In this document: positions 15,001-30,000 of the stretch, in pieces
How positions within the stretch are numbered: position 1 is the first letter of the stretch
How the letters are laid out: the number at the start of each line of letters is the position of its first letter
Assembly (NCBI GenBank): GCA_030681595.1
Contig: JAUXSB010000033.1
Location: 12,223 to 76,222, forward strand
Length of the DNA stretch: 64,000 nt
Direction: 5' to 3'
Origin: Candidatus Omnitrophota bacterium
Lineage (GTDB): Bacteria; Omnitrophota; Gorgyraeia; Ghiorseimicrobiales; Ghiorseimicrobiaceae
Notes under the pieces: generated by a model
The model's input: only the letters and a program-made list of their open reading frames with translations
Database searches by the model: none
What the model was told of the DNA's origin: nothing
Position numbers and translations under genes: made by a program

Positions 15001-18000
15001 TGGAAAGTTAATCCGGAAACTAACTCTTTCATACAATAAACTTCGTCATCTTCAATCCAGTTGATTAATCCTTCAGGAAATATAACTGTTCCTTCTGTGC
15101 GGCCGCCGTATTTACTCTTTGCGACAATCACCGGCCCCTCATCGGAAACATCAATATATACGATTAAGTTATCTGAAGACTCAATCTTCTTTTGGATATA
15201 TAGTTCCTGGACACCCACCACTCTTACCGAAAGGCCATCCTCTTTTAAGTTACGGCCTGAATATTCTCCATAAATTGCGCCTTTATCTTTGTCAATTATA
15301 ACGTAGGCCGCGTTATCATCAATTCCACCAGCCATATTCTCAAGCAGGAAAATTTTATCCTCTACCGGCTTCTCGCCATGATTTTCCAATATCAAATGCA
15401 AGCCCGCGATATTTTCCTTAAATGTAACGCTAAATTTCGCTTCATCTGAAATCGGCGAAGAAACCTCTTCGGCTAACCTATGCAGCTCCTCCTCAAACTT
15501 CTCTTTTGAGTAAGGCGGATGGATATTTTCTGCTTGTAAAATATGGCGAAGCGGCTCAAAAAATATAGCCATGGCGTAATTACCGAATTCCGCCCTGAAC
15601 CCGGGGAAATTCAATAAATCCTGGTTGTAATCCTTAAGCATTCTCCGCCATAACTCATTTGCCGCTTTTTCTATTTCATCGTAATTATCGGCATTCTTAA
15701 AATATCCCTTGATAAAAGGAAGGTACGGATTAACTCCTTTTTCTTGCGTATAAATATATTTTACTGCACGCAGCACCATTAACTCATGAATGCCCAAGAT
15801 TGCGCTTTCAATGCCAAAAAGCTGAGCAAGAAAAACCTGTTTTTCGCTTACCTCAGATTTTCTTATCACTGAGTCAAAATCCAATAAAACTAAATCCTGC
15901 GTTTCCTCATCAAGCTGATAATTGCCAGCATGGCAGGCAAGGCGTAAGAATCCCGCGTCATGAAAACGGCGTAATGCCTGTCCCAAGCTATAAAATTTAG
16001 GTTGTAAGAAATCTATTGCCTCATTATTATTGAGCCGATGCGAACGCCTGTCTTTTCCTAAAAGATGGTAAAAATAATCGGAGCAACCGTTAAATTTAAT
16101 CTTTTGCCAACCATTAATTCTTATAAACTCCGTATCAAAAAGATCGGCGAATCTTCTGTCTTGGCTGTCTCTTACTGCCAGCACAACAAACCCTACATCT
16201 TTATCTGCTAATTTATCCTCGTATTTACCCCATGCCATAGGAATATTCGCTGGGACACCCCTTAACATGGCTTCGCTTGCAATATCGTATTCCCTTTTTG
16301 CCCTTTCGAATAATAATGCTCCTTTAAGCCTTGATTGAGACTTGACCCGCGTAATTTTTCCTGCTTCATCAGCAGATAAATGATATGTCCTATCAACATA
16401 TGTTTCGGCTAACGGCATACTTACGCCTTTTCCAGAAAAGCTACCTATGCCTTTTATCTTTATACATTTTATTTCAAATGCCCTGCCAATATACACTATC
16501 TTCAACGGCTCTGAGAGATTAATATAAGCGCTTCTGCCAAGTGATTTAAACCTGGGTAAAACATTCCAGCTGGCTGTATTTTCTATTTGATTTCTTAAAT
16601 CTCCCGACAGAGCGATATCGCTGTTATAACTAATATATTCAATTTTGAATTGGTTATCGATAAAACAGCGCTGCATCAAAACGAGAATATTGGACTGGCC
16701 TATCCCGCGAATACCCCTAATTTCTTCCCAAGAACTAAATCTTTGGTTTGGTTTTTGGGAACGTGCTATTATTAATTGCTTTATTGCCCCCTTGGTTAAT
16801 AGGCCCAATCCTTTGAGTTCTGTTTCCGTTGCGCTATTTAAATCTAACTTATTCAGTGGTGAAGCACTTATACCTAAGAACGAATCTGTATCTGCAAAAG
16901 GTACAAATTTAATCTCAAAACCCCATTCATTAACAATATCTAAGAAATCACTTATATTTTCTGTTTCCAGCAATGCCTCTAACTCTGGAGGCAGTTGCTG
17001 GCCAAACACGGAAATCTCTTTATTTAACGCAAAAAATTCTTTGATCATCTCCCGCATTTTTTCACTGCCACGATAAACAATATGAGTTATTCCCTTGATT
17101 GTTATAATCTTATGTTCGACTAAGGCATTCGTTAGGTCGTATATACCTGCTATCAACACCATATCTGTCGGCCCCGGCAAGTTGCATTTCCAATTTTCTC
17201 CAATAACAGGATGGGTATGGCCCAAATCTTCAATAACTGCATGGGCTTTTTCGGCTATATTTCCCTTAAAATCGTTAAATACTGCTAAGTCCTCCCCTAA
17301 GGGCATAATTTTCTCTCCAGACAGAACATATCGTGCTAACCCTTGAGCCACCCTGCCTTCCTGCACTGTCCTGCCTTTTCTAAAATACCAGATGTCGCGC
17401 GCTTTAAGTTTACCAAAAACTACTTCTGCGTCTTTACCTTTATCGGCAATCATCCGATAAAAACTTTCTGATTTATGTACCGAAGACGGCATATCTAAAA
17501 CTCTAATTTGCTCACAAGGCTTTAAATTCTCTATTAAATCGGATAAGTCGGAAAGTGCTCCGAATCTAATAGTTATTGTTCGGGGAATATACGTTGCTAT
17601 TTTCTCAATGGTATATCTGATAATTTCAATCGGGTCGCTGCCTTTTATTAAAATATCAAGCCCCATGCCGGGGACATTTTTCTGATAAGGGCTTAAGACG
17701 GCCATTCCCCCATGTTTTAAAGGCCTAAATTCCTCTGACTTCGCGAAGAAGCTTCTAATATTCTGCCTTAAGCTTTCTCTGTCTGTTACAAATAAGTTAA
17801 CATTAGCCAGCTTATTAAGCTGATTAGTAAGTTCCTGCCTAGCCACCTCAAATTCTTCATCTGAAACCATAATGCCAAATATGCCTTTAGAACCCTGCCT
17901 TAACAGAGCAATCAACTCATCAATCTGCTGTTGTAGATTTTTTTCGAGCGGGGAGGCGGATTCACGGGAAGAATTAGCTTTTAAATATTTAACCAGCGCG

Positions 18001-21000
18001 GTAGCTTTTTCTGCCTTATCAGTAGACGGCCTACCCAATGCCGCATCCAATAAATCATCAAGTGTGGCATCTATGGGCATGCGCGCGCGCCAGTTGGGAT
18101 GCGTTGAACCCGGCGCGGGGTCATTAACCATACCTTCCTTACCCTGCATAAGGATATCGGATAAAGAAAGAACGGCTATCCTTGCCGGAGACTGATAAAC
18201 CTTAAGTAATATGTCGCGAAGAATTATTTCAACTGCCGAGCCTTTCGCCGTAGAATCATTATAAAGCCAGCTTAAAACCGCTTCGCGCTTATCCGGCTCC
18301 AATTCCTGCCACCACATTAAAAGCGTCCGCGAATCATGCAGGCCGAATGTGGCATAGGCATTTTCTTTATGATTAGGGAAGAAATAAGGATTAGCCGGAT
18401 TCCAAGGGGTAGCCCCAAAAACTCCGGGCAGATAATTCATTACCCCTAATTCTTCGAGAATCGGCGGCACAAAATCCGGTACTGCGCCTAATGCCTCGGT
18501 AATCATCGCGGCATTATTTTCTTTGGCTGTTGCAAGGAGAACTCTTAGCGTTTCCTTGCCCGGAGAAAGCTTAAAGAATCCTGCCCTTAAGCCGTCCGCG
18601 GGCTTGGGTGATTTTTGCGGGTCATCCGGAAAAAGGTACTTCATCATCTTATGCATATGGAATATCTTAAAGTGCTCCTGCAGCTCAGTAGATAAATCGG
18701 AAACCGCGATAAAATCCCAAACAGGTTGGCCTTTGAATACAGCCTTCTCAACCACAAAAGGAATCCTAAACCAACTATTCGGCTCTTTCTCGCTTTGGGC
18801 TTCTCTGGCAATCAATATCATATTATCCGGCCTTAAATTTCCTTCTTCATCAAATATATTGGTGCGCACATCTGCTAATCCGCGATAATTCTTAAGAACT
18901 AAAATCATCGCTGTATAAACTTTTTCTGCCAACTCAAGCCGCCTGTCAGGATAAACCATTCCTTCTACTATCGCCGCTTCTACCATATCCCAAAGGTTTA
19001 ACTTCTCTAAAGTCATTTCATCATCAACATCTTCTGTGAATAAAAACGCGCGGAAAAACCCTAGGGCATGGTCTAACCTTCTATAACTGACTTTATCTAA
19101 CTGGTATCCAAAACGCGCCTGCCAGAAACGAATAGTTTTTATATATTCCCAAAGATACGGGAAGAATTGCCAGTATTGGCCGTTGTCGCTAAAGGCATCG
19201 GGCGGTACCCCTTGCGAGAAACGACGCTTAAAATCAGGAGCACGTAATCCGAATACCTCTGGTGTAATCCAAAGGTCAGCGCCTTCGACGGCAAAAGGCA
19301 CGTCGTCCATAATATCTACGCCTTTATCTTTTCCGCATTTGATTGCCTCGCTCCATTGAGAATCGAGAATCCACTGGAGGAATATTTGGTAGGAAATTTC
19401 TTCTTGGTGTTCTTTAAGTGTGGCTTCTAATGCCTCTTTCTTTCTTAGCCGTAAATCCATCGGCCACCTGCGCCAATCCCAGCCATTGGGAATTTCAGAA
19501 CCGTATTTCTGCTTAAGAATTAGATAAAGTATGTGGTCAAAAATCCATTCTTTATTCTTACGCGCGTATTCACCCATCGACTGCTTAAGCGCGCTATTTT
19601 CCGAATATTTCCTAAACTCTTGCCAAACCATACGCAGTGCCAGATATTTAATCTCTCTGGCAAGGCTATAATTAACTAACTCCTCTTTACGCGCGTATTC
19701 TATTTTTTCTCGGATTAACTCAAGATAACGCTCTGCCTCTTTAGAGGGGATTAATTTTAACAATTTTTCAATGCTGATATAAAGCGGCTCTTTAAGCTTT
19801 GTGCTTGCCACTGAATACGGTGAATCGTTATAACTTGATATAATCAGCGGCAGCACCTGCACGATTCTCTGCCCCCAAGCCTTGGCAAGCTCAATTGCGG
19901 TAAATAGCGAACCCATATCGCCTATGCCTAAATCATTTTTGCTTCGTAAATAGGATAACGGGCCAAAGAAGCCGTCGATTTTCTTATTCAGCGGCGAGGT
20001 GGAGGTTTGGATTTTTTCTCCGGCGGGGCCAGAGGAAAAAATTAAGATATCGCCAAGGGCAATATCAAGCACAAAAATATTATTTTGGAAAATTGCGACA
20101 TTCATCGGCCTTTGTAAAATTCCTTCTCCAACCGTTCCTATTAATTTTCCTTCTGAATTGAATTTTACAACATGGCTAATCCCTTCAATGCAAGTATATA
20201 TATTCTTTTGTTTATCCGGCTCCATATCTAAAATAGCGCCCTGTGCCTTAATAACCAGCCTGCCTTCATCATCACCCTGCTTATGATACGAAAAAACCTC
20301 ACCCGAAGCATAACCCGCATAAATACCGCCTTCAATATCGGCAGTTACGGATACGGCTACTCCCTGCATTATATTTATAGCACTTCTAACTATACTGCTG
20401 TCGTTATCGTAAATATTTACTTTATTACCCTTATCATCCAAGATATAAATGAAATCATGGTTATCTACATAAATATCGCTTAATGAATCCGCCCCAGCGC
20501 CAAACATAGACAGGAATTCGCCTGTATTCCTAAAGAAAACTAACCATCCATTGCTTGCCGCTACCAAGATATCGGTAAACGGTTTTTTCGTTTCAAGATA
20601 TTTATAGATTAAAGACTTACTTAAAACACCTATTCCTTCTATCTCGGATAGCCCAAGGTTTCTTATTCCCGATTCAAGAAATTGCGCGCTGACTTCCTGC
20701 TTAACCTGCCTGCCGGTATTAATATCAAAGATAATTAATCCTTGAGCGCCATCCAAAACATAAACCTCCCCTTTATATACGGCCATTGCCGCGGGTTTAA
20801 TTATCTGCCTTCTTCCGTTTTGCTCACCAAGAATCCCTCTAAATTCAAAATTATTCCAAATAATAGGCAACTGATTATTATCCTCCGCTGGAGAAGAGAC
20901 AGGCTTATCTTTATTTTGCGCCGCAGGTAAAGAAGAAATTTGAATTTGCTCATAGAATATATAGTCCTTAAGCGTTAACGGCGTAAAGTATTCCTCGTGC

Positions 21001-24000
21001 CTATAGAACCAATCAACGCCGATTAAGTAAGGCCCGTACGCATTAGACCACTTGGGGATCCCGCCATACTTTAAGATTTTCTTCACTAAATCTCGCGCTG
21101 GCCCTTCGACATACTTATTAATTTTTGCATCGCCGTTCAACAATAATTTTTGTGATTTTTCAAAATCGCCACCGGTTTTAAATATAATTCTAAACTTGCC
21201 ATCAATGGCCTCTAACTCATCGAAACTCCCCCAATAATTCGACACCGCGATAGTGCCTGGAAAAACCTTCTTTATTAATGGCAATTGAGAATCCCAGTCT
21301 CTATCGAGCCTGCGCATTAATCTATCTGTAGTCTTCTCTAATATATTAGTGATACGCTTTATCCGTTCCACTTCCATCGGCGAGGCTGATTTTTGCAATA
21401 CATAGAACTGAAACGGCTCACCGTTGAAAATATCACGCTCGGTCGTATTTAAAACCCTAAAACCGTAATCTTTAAAATCATGGCTATCAAGTAAAACGGG
21501 GGTTGCGCCGGTAACAAATATAAAGCCGTTTCTTTTTATCGTCTCCCCGACTTTCTTAAATAATCCTAGCGCCTCTTTCTTAGAAGACACAACTTGCCAA
21601 TTAAGAAATCTTACCAAGCTAAGGTCAAATTCAGATTCATATCTAACGGCTAAATCACCTGCATCATAATTACTAAGCACGCGCGTATCCAAGCCCGCTT
21701 TTTTAAAATTTTTGGCGGATTTGGCGTACATATTGATTGAATAGTCATTGCCATAGAGATCTACTGCATGGTTATATCTTTCATAAACAGAAAGCAGCAC
21801 TTCCGCAGTAGAACAAGCCGGATCGATAATTTTTATCGTCCTTCCTTTTTTCATTTCACTGCCAAAGATGCTTGCAATCCATTTATTTATGCCATGGGTT
21901 ATCGAAGGATTTTCTTTAAGGAGATCATCCATTGCAATTACATCCCATTCATCACGGTTAAACGCTGGCTGAATATCCGTATTCTTAGATATCAACTCGT
22001 ATTCTGTTTTTGAATTTACTAAGAAAGCGCGTAACTCTGGCCTATCGTGATGCTCAAGCATTATCCTGCCTAAATTAGGGACAATAATCGAATCCATATA
22101 CCGTGTACCGGCATGGCGCTTTATTATTATCGTTAGGCCTTTAAAGGGCGCTTCGAAATAAAGATTTAATGCCCTGGGCAGCGCATTAGTTATTTTTCTT
22201 CCGGCCTTTAATTTATTCATGAAACGCTGCCAAGACAAATTAAATTCCTCGCTATCAGCATCTATATTTTTCTCCATAAATTTCATCGGCGAGGTGGCAG
22301 CAGTTTCTTCAATATTCTTCTTAATATATTCAATCCTCTCCCTTGATGAAGGGTGATATTTTAATCTCGAAAACGGCGTTATCTCCATTTTCCCTGCTTT
22401 CATCGCCATTTCGCGCAAGCGCGGAAGATTATCTATGGCGCTTATTGCATCATCAATAGAAAAACCCAATTGAATCGTTAATCGGGTTGCGCTCAAATCC
22501 ATTTCGTGCTCCATCGCGCGCCCTTTTTCCTGCAAACTAACCTTCTCCTTTTCTTCTAATTGTTCAACTATACAATATATAAGGTCGATAATAAGTACTC
22601 TGTATTTATCGTTATTTTTGACATGGAAAACCTCATGAGCCAATAGAAAAACAAGCTCTCCCTTCTTTACCGTGCCATTGGCATATTGTTCAACCAGCCA
22701 TTTAAGTAATAATATTTCCCCTGTTGACACATAAAAACCAATCAAAGCCACGGATGTTTCTATAAAATCTAAGGCTGGGATAACAGAAACGCGCGCTAAG
22801 GACAATATGGAATTAAACATCTCCCTGATATCATTTTCTAAATCCTTAGAGCTTTCTTTTAAAGGTGAGGCAGTAGCGCAAAATTGGCGCATCGCCTTAT
22901 AGGTTTGTTTAATAAACCGCCTGCGGGATTCGGGTGTTTTAGTTTTAAAATGGGAATGAATAGCAACGAAAAGATTGTCGAAGCAGCAACCGGGGGACCC
23001 TTGAGCTATATAGCCATGGGTAAGAGAACTTCTTGTTACAACGGTTAATGTTAGCCTAAATTCCGGCGGGCCTGCCCGAATGAAGTCAGGCGGGCCTGCC
23101 CGAATGAAGTCAGGCGGGCCTGCCCGAATGAAGTCAGGCGGGCCTGTCTTAAATCGCTGCAATTCTTCAATCCATTCCTTGAGGAATCCTCTATATTCAT
23201 CAGAATACCTTCCCTTCATCTCCTTAATTATTCTATAGTTCCTTCCGGAGGAGAATACTTCAAATTTAGCCAGTATTGATTCTTGTCCGTATTCAGCGAC
23301 AGCTTTTTTATCGGCATCTTTCGGAAGCTTTCCATGCCCAACAGGACTGCTTGCCCAATCGGAATAGGCCAAATACTGAATAATTGGGTTTAACGGCCTA
23401 TTTTTCCCCAGCGGCGAGGCGGCATGTTTGGTTAACCGGTTATCCTGTTGACCGGTTGTCCGGTTAAAATCAAAATAGTCTTTTAACTGGCGAACCGGCA
23501 AACTGGCTAACTGGCAAACCGATAACACCGGCGAGGCGGAGATTTCTTTCTTGCTCCCCAACAAAATTTCTTTTATTGCCGCATCCTCCAATAAATCACC
23601 TTTAAGCTGAACGATAATTTCCTGATTTTCTTTGGCGCGGCTTACAAAAGACAAGGTATCACCATTTATGGGTGAACCTGAGGAGCGCCCCCCTTCCTCG
23701 CCTGTTTCCTCTGCCTCATCAGCATATATTTTGGCTTTTTCGTAATAGTGAAACGCGTTGATAATATCTTCGCTTGCGGGGGAATCTTTTCGCCAAAATC
23801 TGGCTTCTAATATTCTTGCCCGCAACGTAAAGAAGAGGCTGAGGTTACTGCGGCTTTCTTGAGTCAGTTGATAAAAACTGTCTATCTGGCGGGCATAATA
23901 GTTAAAAGTTTCTTTCTCCAGTAGTTCCGCTAAAGCTACCTCTTCAGGATAAGTGTATAGTAATACCTCCGTGTATTTTAACGCCAACCCTGTCTTACCT

Positions 24001-27000
24001 TCGCCTAAAAGAGAAATAATCTTACCCATTTCTACTTCAATATATGAGGCGCTGCCTATCTCAGAAAGCTCTATATTCAATTCTTGCGCCCTTGCCAGAT
24101 AATTAAAGGCCTTTGCGTAAATTCCGAGTTTATTATTTAATTTTCCGAGTTTAAGATGTATATCCCTTTCAATTTTATCCATCAAGTCCATATCATTAAT
24201 TAAGCGATAATAATTACCCCTTAAATTCCTTAAATGGCGCAGGCTTTCCCGATAAATCTCTTCGGCCAATACAAGATTATCTCTTGCTTCATAAACATAA
24301 GCCCTTAAGGAAGCAATGATGACATTGTAGATAGAATTTTTGCCTGTCTTCGCTTTCGCGATGATTCTTTCCGCTGAATCTATATCATTATTTGACATAG
24401 CGCTATACGCCTTTCCCAACAAATCAAACAACCTCAGATTACGCAGGCCTATAACGCTCTTATCAAATTTTCTCTTTATCGGGCTGGAGTTAGCTTGCGG
24501 CGGGTTTTCTTTATCTTCAGGGATATTCTCTAAATAGAACCTTAAATTCTTAGGCACAATCTGAGACCCGCCGTAAATGTTATCACGAATAAACCGTAGA
24601 TAAGACTTGTAAAAGACATTCCTTACATCATACAAGGAAACACCTAATACATGCGCCAGGCCTGGAATAGGGCCTATACCCTTAATGAGAAATTCGCAAT
24701 CTATATATCTTTCATAATCTGGATCGGGAAACCAACTTTGTCTTGCAAAAGTTTCAAAATCGCCTACGAATTTTATCTGAATTTGGTTATTTTGTATTAG
24801 AAGGCGTAAATTCCCTATATGATGGTCACCCCCAGAATCGAGCTCATGTCCCGTGTAGCCCAAAATATGGATAACCGCTGTAAGTTCTGCTGCCTGTTTA
24901 ATAATAATCTCGTTTAATTCGCCTTTTTCTAAATTTAACTCTTTCGTTAAATTGTTAAGGAACTTTTGCGATAGAAAATTTAATCTTTTCCCGTCTTCAT
25001 ATTCGAAAGCGATAATCCGTAAAGGGCATTCCAAGTTGAATTGTATTTGTTTTGAATAAAATTCATAAACGCCTTCAGCAAACTCTTTATGATAGAACGG
25101 CTTAACACAATATCTATCGTGAGGAAAATGGCTTAGAATATCTAAAGATACATTTTGACGTTCCTTGATAAACACTTCCCGTTTATGTAATTTTTCTCCG
25201 GGGATTAAAACTTCAAACGCAAAATTAATATTATCTTCATTATCAAAGCTAAAAATTATGTGACGGCGGAAAGACTCTGTGATAGGAGTTATAAAAAGAT
25301 TGCGCCCTACCTTAAAAATTATTTCTTCATTCTGCGCATATTCAAAAGGAAAACAGGAGTAATTTTGCGTCAAATCATAAGGATATGCCCTTCGCAATAA
25401 AGTTGATAACTTAAAAAATTCCTTTGCATTTTTTTCATCTTCAAAAAGCACATTGCATGCATCTTGTATAGTATCTATATCTGAAGATATGAAAAACTCT
25501 GTCGCCAACAAATTACTGAAATTCATATTTACCGGCGAGGCGGAAACATTAACAAGGAATAAAGAATAAATTACGGCTTTGCCGCTTCTGCTTACGCGGG
25601 CATCAAAAGTAGAAAAGACGAGCTCTTCAGGAACATAGCCGTCCTTTATTATGCCCGGACAATATAAAATAAAATTTGCTCCGGGCCTAAGATTCTCGGC
25701 TAATTGATAGAAAAATTCATCTTGATCCTCCAGGCTTCCGGCTAAATAATAATAAATTACGTCGAATTTACCGATATCCGCCTGTAAACCATTCCCGAAA
25801 GATCCTAAGAATCCGTAATCCTTAAATTCCGGCGAAAGCGGCGCCACCTTATCTCTATAAACTTTTTGCGCGTACTTAAATACATCCGGATTGCTTTCGT
25901 ACCCTGTTACTTCTGCGCCGAGTGTTTTCCAAATATACAAGTTTCTTGCATCGCCGAAACCAAAATCCAACGCTACTTTATCCGGCCCAACGCCTGCCTC
26001 TAAAGCTAAATAAATTAGATCAAGCATGGGTGCCGGTATAAATGGCCCTTGGCTTGGGTTTTCTACATCATCTATGACCACGCGCCGATAAGATTCATTC
26101 CTATCCAGCTCATTGAACGTTTTCATCAGCATATTTAACAGTTTATTCTCTTGAGAATTCTCAACGAAAGAATGATCCGTTAGGGGTGAGCCAGTAGCGA
26201 ATTCTGAAAGATTCAAGTGCCACAATTCTACCTCTCCGCCAAGACGGAACTTGATAAAACCGAATTTTTCTTTTTCAAGCAAGTGCGACCTCTCTAATTC
26301 CTCATCACTTATAAATAAATTTTTAAATCTGACTTGTTTTATCTTAAATTTATCCCTATAAGGATTATGGTAATAGCGCCGCAGGCTGCCTTGGTCAATC
26401 TCGCGATGCTGTATTTTGACTAATTTTCTTGGCTTGGCATAAAGATCACGGATTCCAGAAGTTTTAGCGGCTTTGATAATCGCGTAATTTAAATGGTTCT
26501 CCCATCCGCTAAACTTTTCCTGAATATCCTTAATCCTGCGAAACGCATATGAAGGCTGCACTTCTTCAATCAGCACTGAAGGCGTCTTCTCAACGCCAAT
26601 AAGAGATATGGCGGAAAAACCGATAGTTCCCGGCGGTACTTGAATCCGCGTAGTTGCCGCTTCATATTCCATTGCCCTCATGTAGTCTTCTATATCGGAA
26701 TCCCCGGAATAGATATTAAGATGAATTTCTTCGGGGAAAGCACTCAATGCCTCTAAACGAAAACCCTTTGAATCAAGATAGCCGCCGGCCACTTCCTCAA
26801 TGTGCCTTATAACCCGATGATAAAGCTCTTTATGCTTTTCGTAATCTTCATCATGTGTTGGTGAAGCACTATTTTCGCCCTCCATCTCTGAAATTAACTC
26901 TCTGGTGAAATTATTACGCCGCCTCCTTATGTCAACAAAACTTCCTCCGTTATCTATATATGTGTTTATTAAAGAACTCAAGGGCGAACTGCTTATCTGC

Positions 27001-30000
27001 TCTTTATATACCTCGGTAAACCAAGAATACGGATGTTCGGCACAGATTTCCCCTAAATGCTTCTTGATCTCTTCGCTAATAGCCGCATTCTTCAGCGAAG
27101 CGGAAATAATCTCGGAAAAGATGAATTCTCCCCAAGGCTGCCATAATTCGGCGCTGAATGTCGGGCTGGTCAGACTGGCCAAAAACTTCTTGAGGCCCGT
27201 TAAATCAGCTCCCTTTTTAATAGCCGCTATATTACATGTCAGGATCTCAACATAACCTACTTCATAAATGCTGTCTTTTTCCGCCCACTTTGCCATTGCC
27301 CAGGTAATAACCGCAGGATTATGTCTAGCGTTATTCTCTAAGATTTTTACTGCCGCGGGATTATCCAAAATCATGCCGACTATTTTTTCAACGTCCATCT
27401 CTGTAAACATATCCGGGTATCTCTTTTTTATATTCTCAAGCAACGCCACCCTATCAAAGACAATATTATCAATCCAATTTGCCGGCCGCGACGCTTCCGT
27501 TGCCGCGCAAAGAAAATCAAGTATCATAAGCTTGTTTATAATATTAACCATCTGTTTTTTTCTTCTGGGAGACAATTTATTGTAATCCGGGTCATTTAAA
27601 AGCAGATCCTTACAGGTGCCCCCTTTAAGCAAAAAGCGGTGGTGGTTACGTATCGCAATCCTTAACCTTAGGGGGGCTTTAAACTTGAGGTTGTCTAATG
27701 TGTTTTCTGATTGAAACGCATGCTCTATCATTAAATCCTGCAACAAAGGATCATCGTATTCCAGCTTGCGCGGTGTCAGAATAATAGAAAGGTATTTATG
27801 ATTAATACTTTTGCCTACGTCGTGCAGCCGTGCCGCAATATCAAGCAGCCTGAACTCGCTATAACTTAAACCCAATATGCCCTTAACGGCGCCTAAAAGC
27901 TTAGCCACATTCTCAATATGTTGCAGAGTAATAAAATCATAAAGCCCTAAAATATCGTCCATTCTTAAAGAAGAAAAATAATTTGCCCAGCCAACCAGGC
28001 GTAAATCCCTCATTTTTGACTTAGTGTGTTTTAGGGCCTGGGAAATAACAAAGCTTATCTTTTCCAGCGCGTCAGAACCTTTTTTGCTAAGCGGGCTTGA
28101 GCCATGTTTATCCTTAATTGGAAGCGCTTTCAATTTAGGCAAAATAAAAACGGGGCGGGCAAATTCTGAAAAACCAAGAGGCGAACTGCCATTTTGCTTA
28201 GACTTAAATTCCGTAACGAACTTACTTGCTTCCTCGCGGGCAAGAATAAGGTCTTTGACTACCCTTTCTCTATCTACATTGGCATAGACCACCTGATTTA
28301 CGGCATGCTCAACAATCGCTTTAAATTGCTCATCAGAAATAAAGCTAAATGCCTCTAATATCTTAATGACATACTCTCCCTCTTTCTCAACAAACGGCGC
28401 GTAATTCACTATATCGGGAATAACGATATTTTTGCCCCAGACATGCACGAATACATGGTCCTTTAAGAAGTCTTTTACTATTAAATCCAACGCCTTTAAA
28501 CCATGCATAACCTTCATATGTTCGCTATCTAAATGCTCGCTCGCAGTAAGATGTTTATGCTGGGAAGAAAATGGTAAAACAATGTAGGGCAAGCTATCGG
28601 GCTTAAGATGATTGATATAATGGCTCTTTTTAACAGGAATGCCCAATAATATAAGCAAATCTTCGATAATCATATGCGCCACAAGGCGCTCGCGTTTTTC
28701 CGCCTGATGCAGGACAATCCTGCCTTCCGGATTCATATGCCTTATTTCAAATATAAGATGGCGCATCAGCCTGTAAATGCTTAAATCATCCAAACTCCTT
28801 ACCTGCGTTACCCTGTATCTTCTCTTTAATTGCTCAGGCGTCAATTTACTAATTTTAGCCTTAATTTCTTCCCTATTATCCTTTTCAATATTAGGATAGA
28901 TGGAAGAAGCGCGTAGCAGCAAAAATATAGACTTAAGCCACTGCTCAACGCTTAAAAAGACAAATAAGGCAATATAAACAAACCGATATTTTGAAAGAGT
29001 TACTAATTTCGTGGAAATAATCTTACGCCCATTAATATATTCGCCTGTTTCTATCGAACTAACTGTCGAAAGCTTGGCGATTTTATAAATCTTTCTTTGC
29101 AGCATAATGGAATGCAATCTTGCCTTGATTCTGTATAATTCTTTCATAAAGCGGTATAATTTTGATTTTTCATCAAACCATGCCTTTTTATAGAAACCGG
29201 GTATTGTTTTCCTCAAAAATCCCCAAATTATGCCTCTCTGCGCTTTTTCTTCCAGATATGCCTGAAACTCCTTCAGATTCAATTTATCATTGTGGTCTAA
29301 GAAACCCCAGAATTCGCCTGTTCCGATAATCTGCTGGTAAAACCTTTCTTTTATCGCGGCATCTGTTATTCTATCCAAGTTATCCATATATTTAAGAAAT
29401 TCTATGACGGTTCCATAATATATGCTCCTCTGCTTCTTTTCACTGAGCCCATAAAACTTAGAGAGGCTGTCTATCCTGTCGCCGTATTTAATGATAAGCG
29501 CGCCTTCGTTTCTGCTTCTTGCTAATTTTATAAGATATATTATGTCTCTTAAACTTTCATTCCAGAGATTGCACCAGCTCAAATCCGGCTTGGTAAGAAG
29601 CGTTACCATCTCGGCAACTTCACTGCCGAACTTATTTCTTATGTAGTCTAAGGTATAATCCGTATCCTCTAAGACATCATGGAGAATAGCCGCGATAATA
29701 GTATTTTTATCTTTAATTCCCAGTTCATTTATTATAAATATGGCTAAGCCTATAGGATGAACGGCATAAAATGCAGTCCCGCTCTTACGTATCTGCGCAA
29801 AATGCGCCTTTTTCGCCAATTCACAGACAAACTTAATATCATACATATCATCTTGACTAAACTTAAGATTATGCTTTTCTATAGTTTCCATTAATAAAGC
29901 TATCATTTCGTCTATGGTAAGCCGCATCCCTCTTATCTTTGCTAGGGCATCCTCAAAAGAGAGCTTTACTGAAACGCGCCTGAAATCTCCGCGTGTCTCT

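Noticed and set aside
23056-23137. CRISPR array
   Set aside because: Units are contiguous with no spacers, there are only about 3.4 copies, it is in-frame coding, and there are no cas genes.
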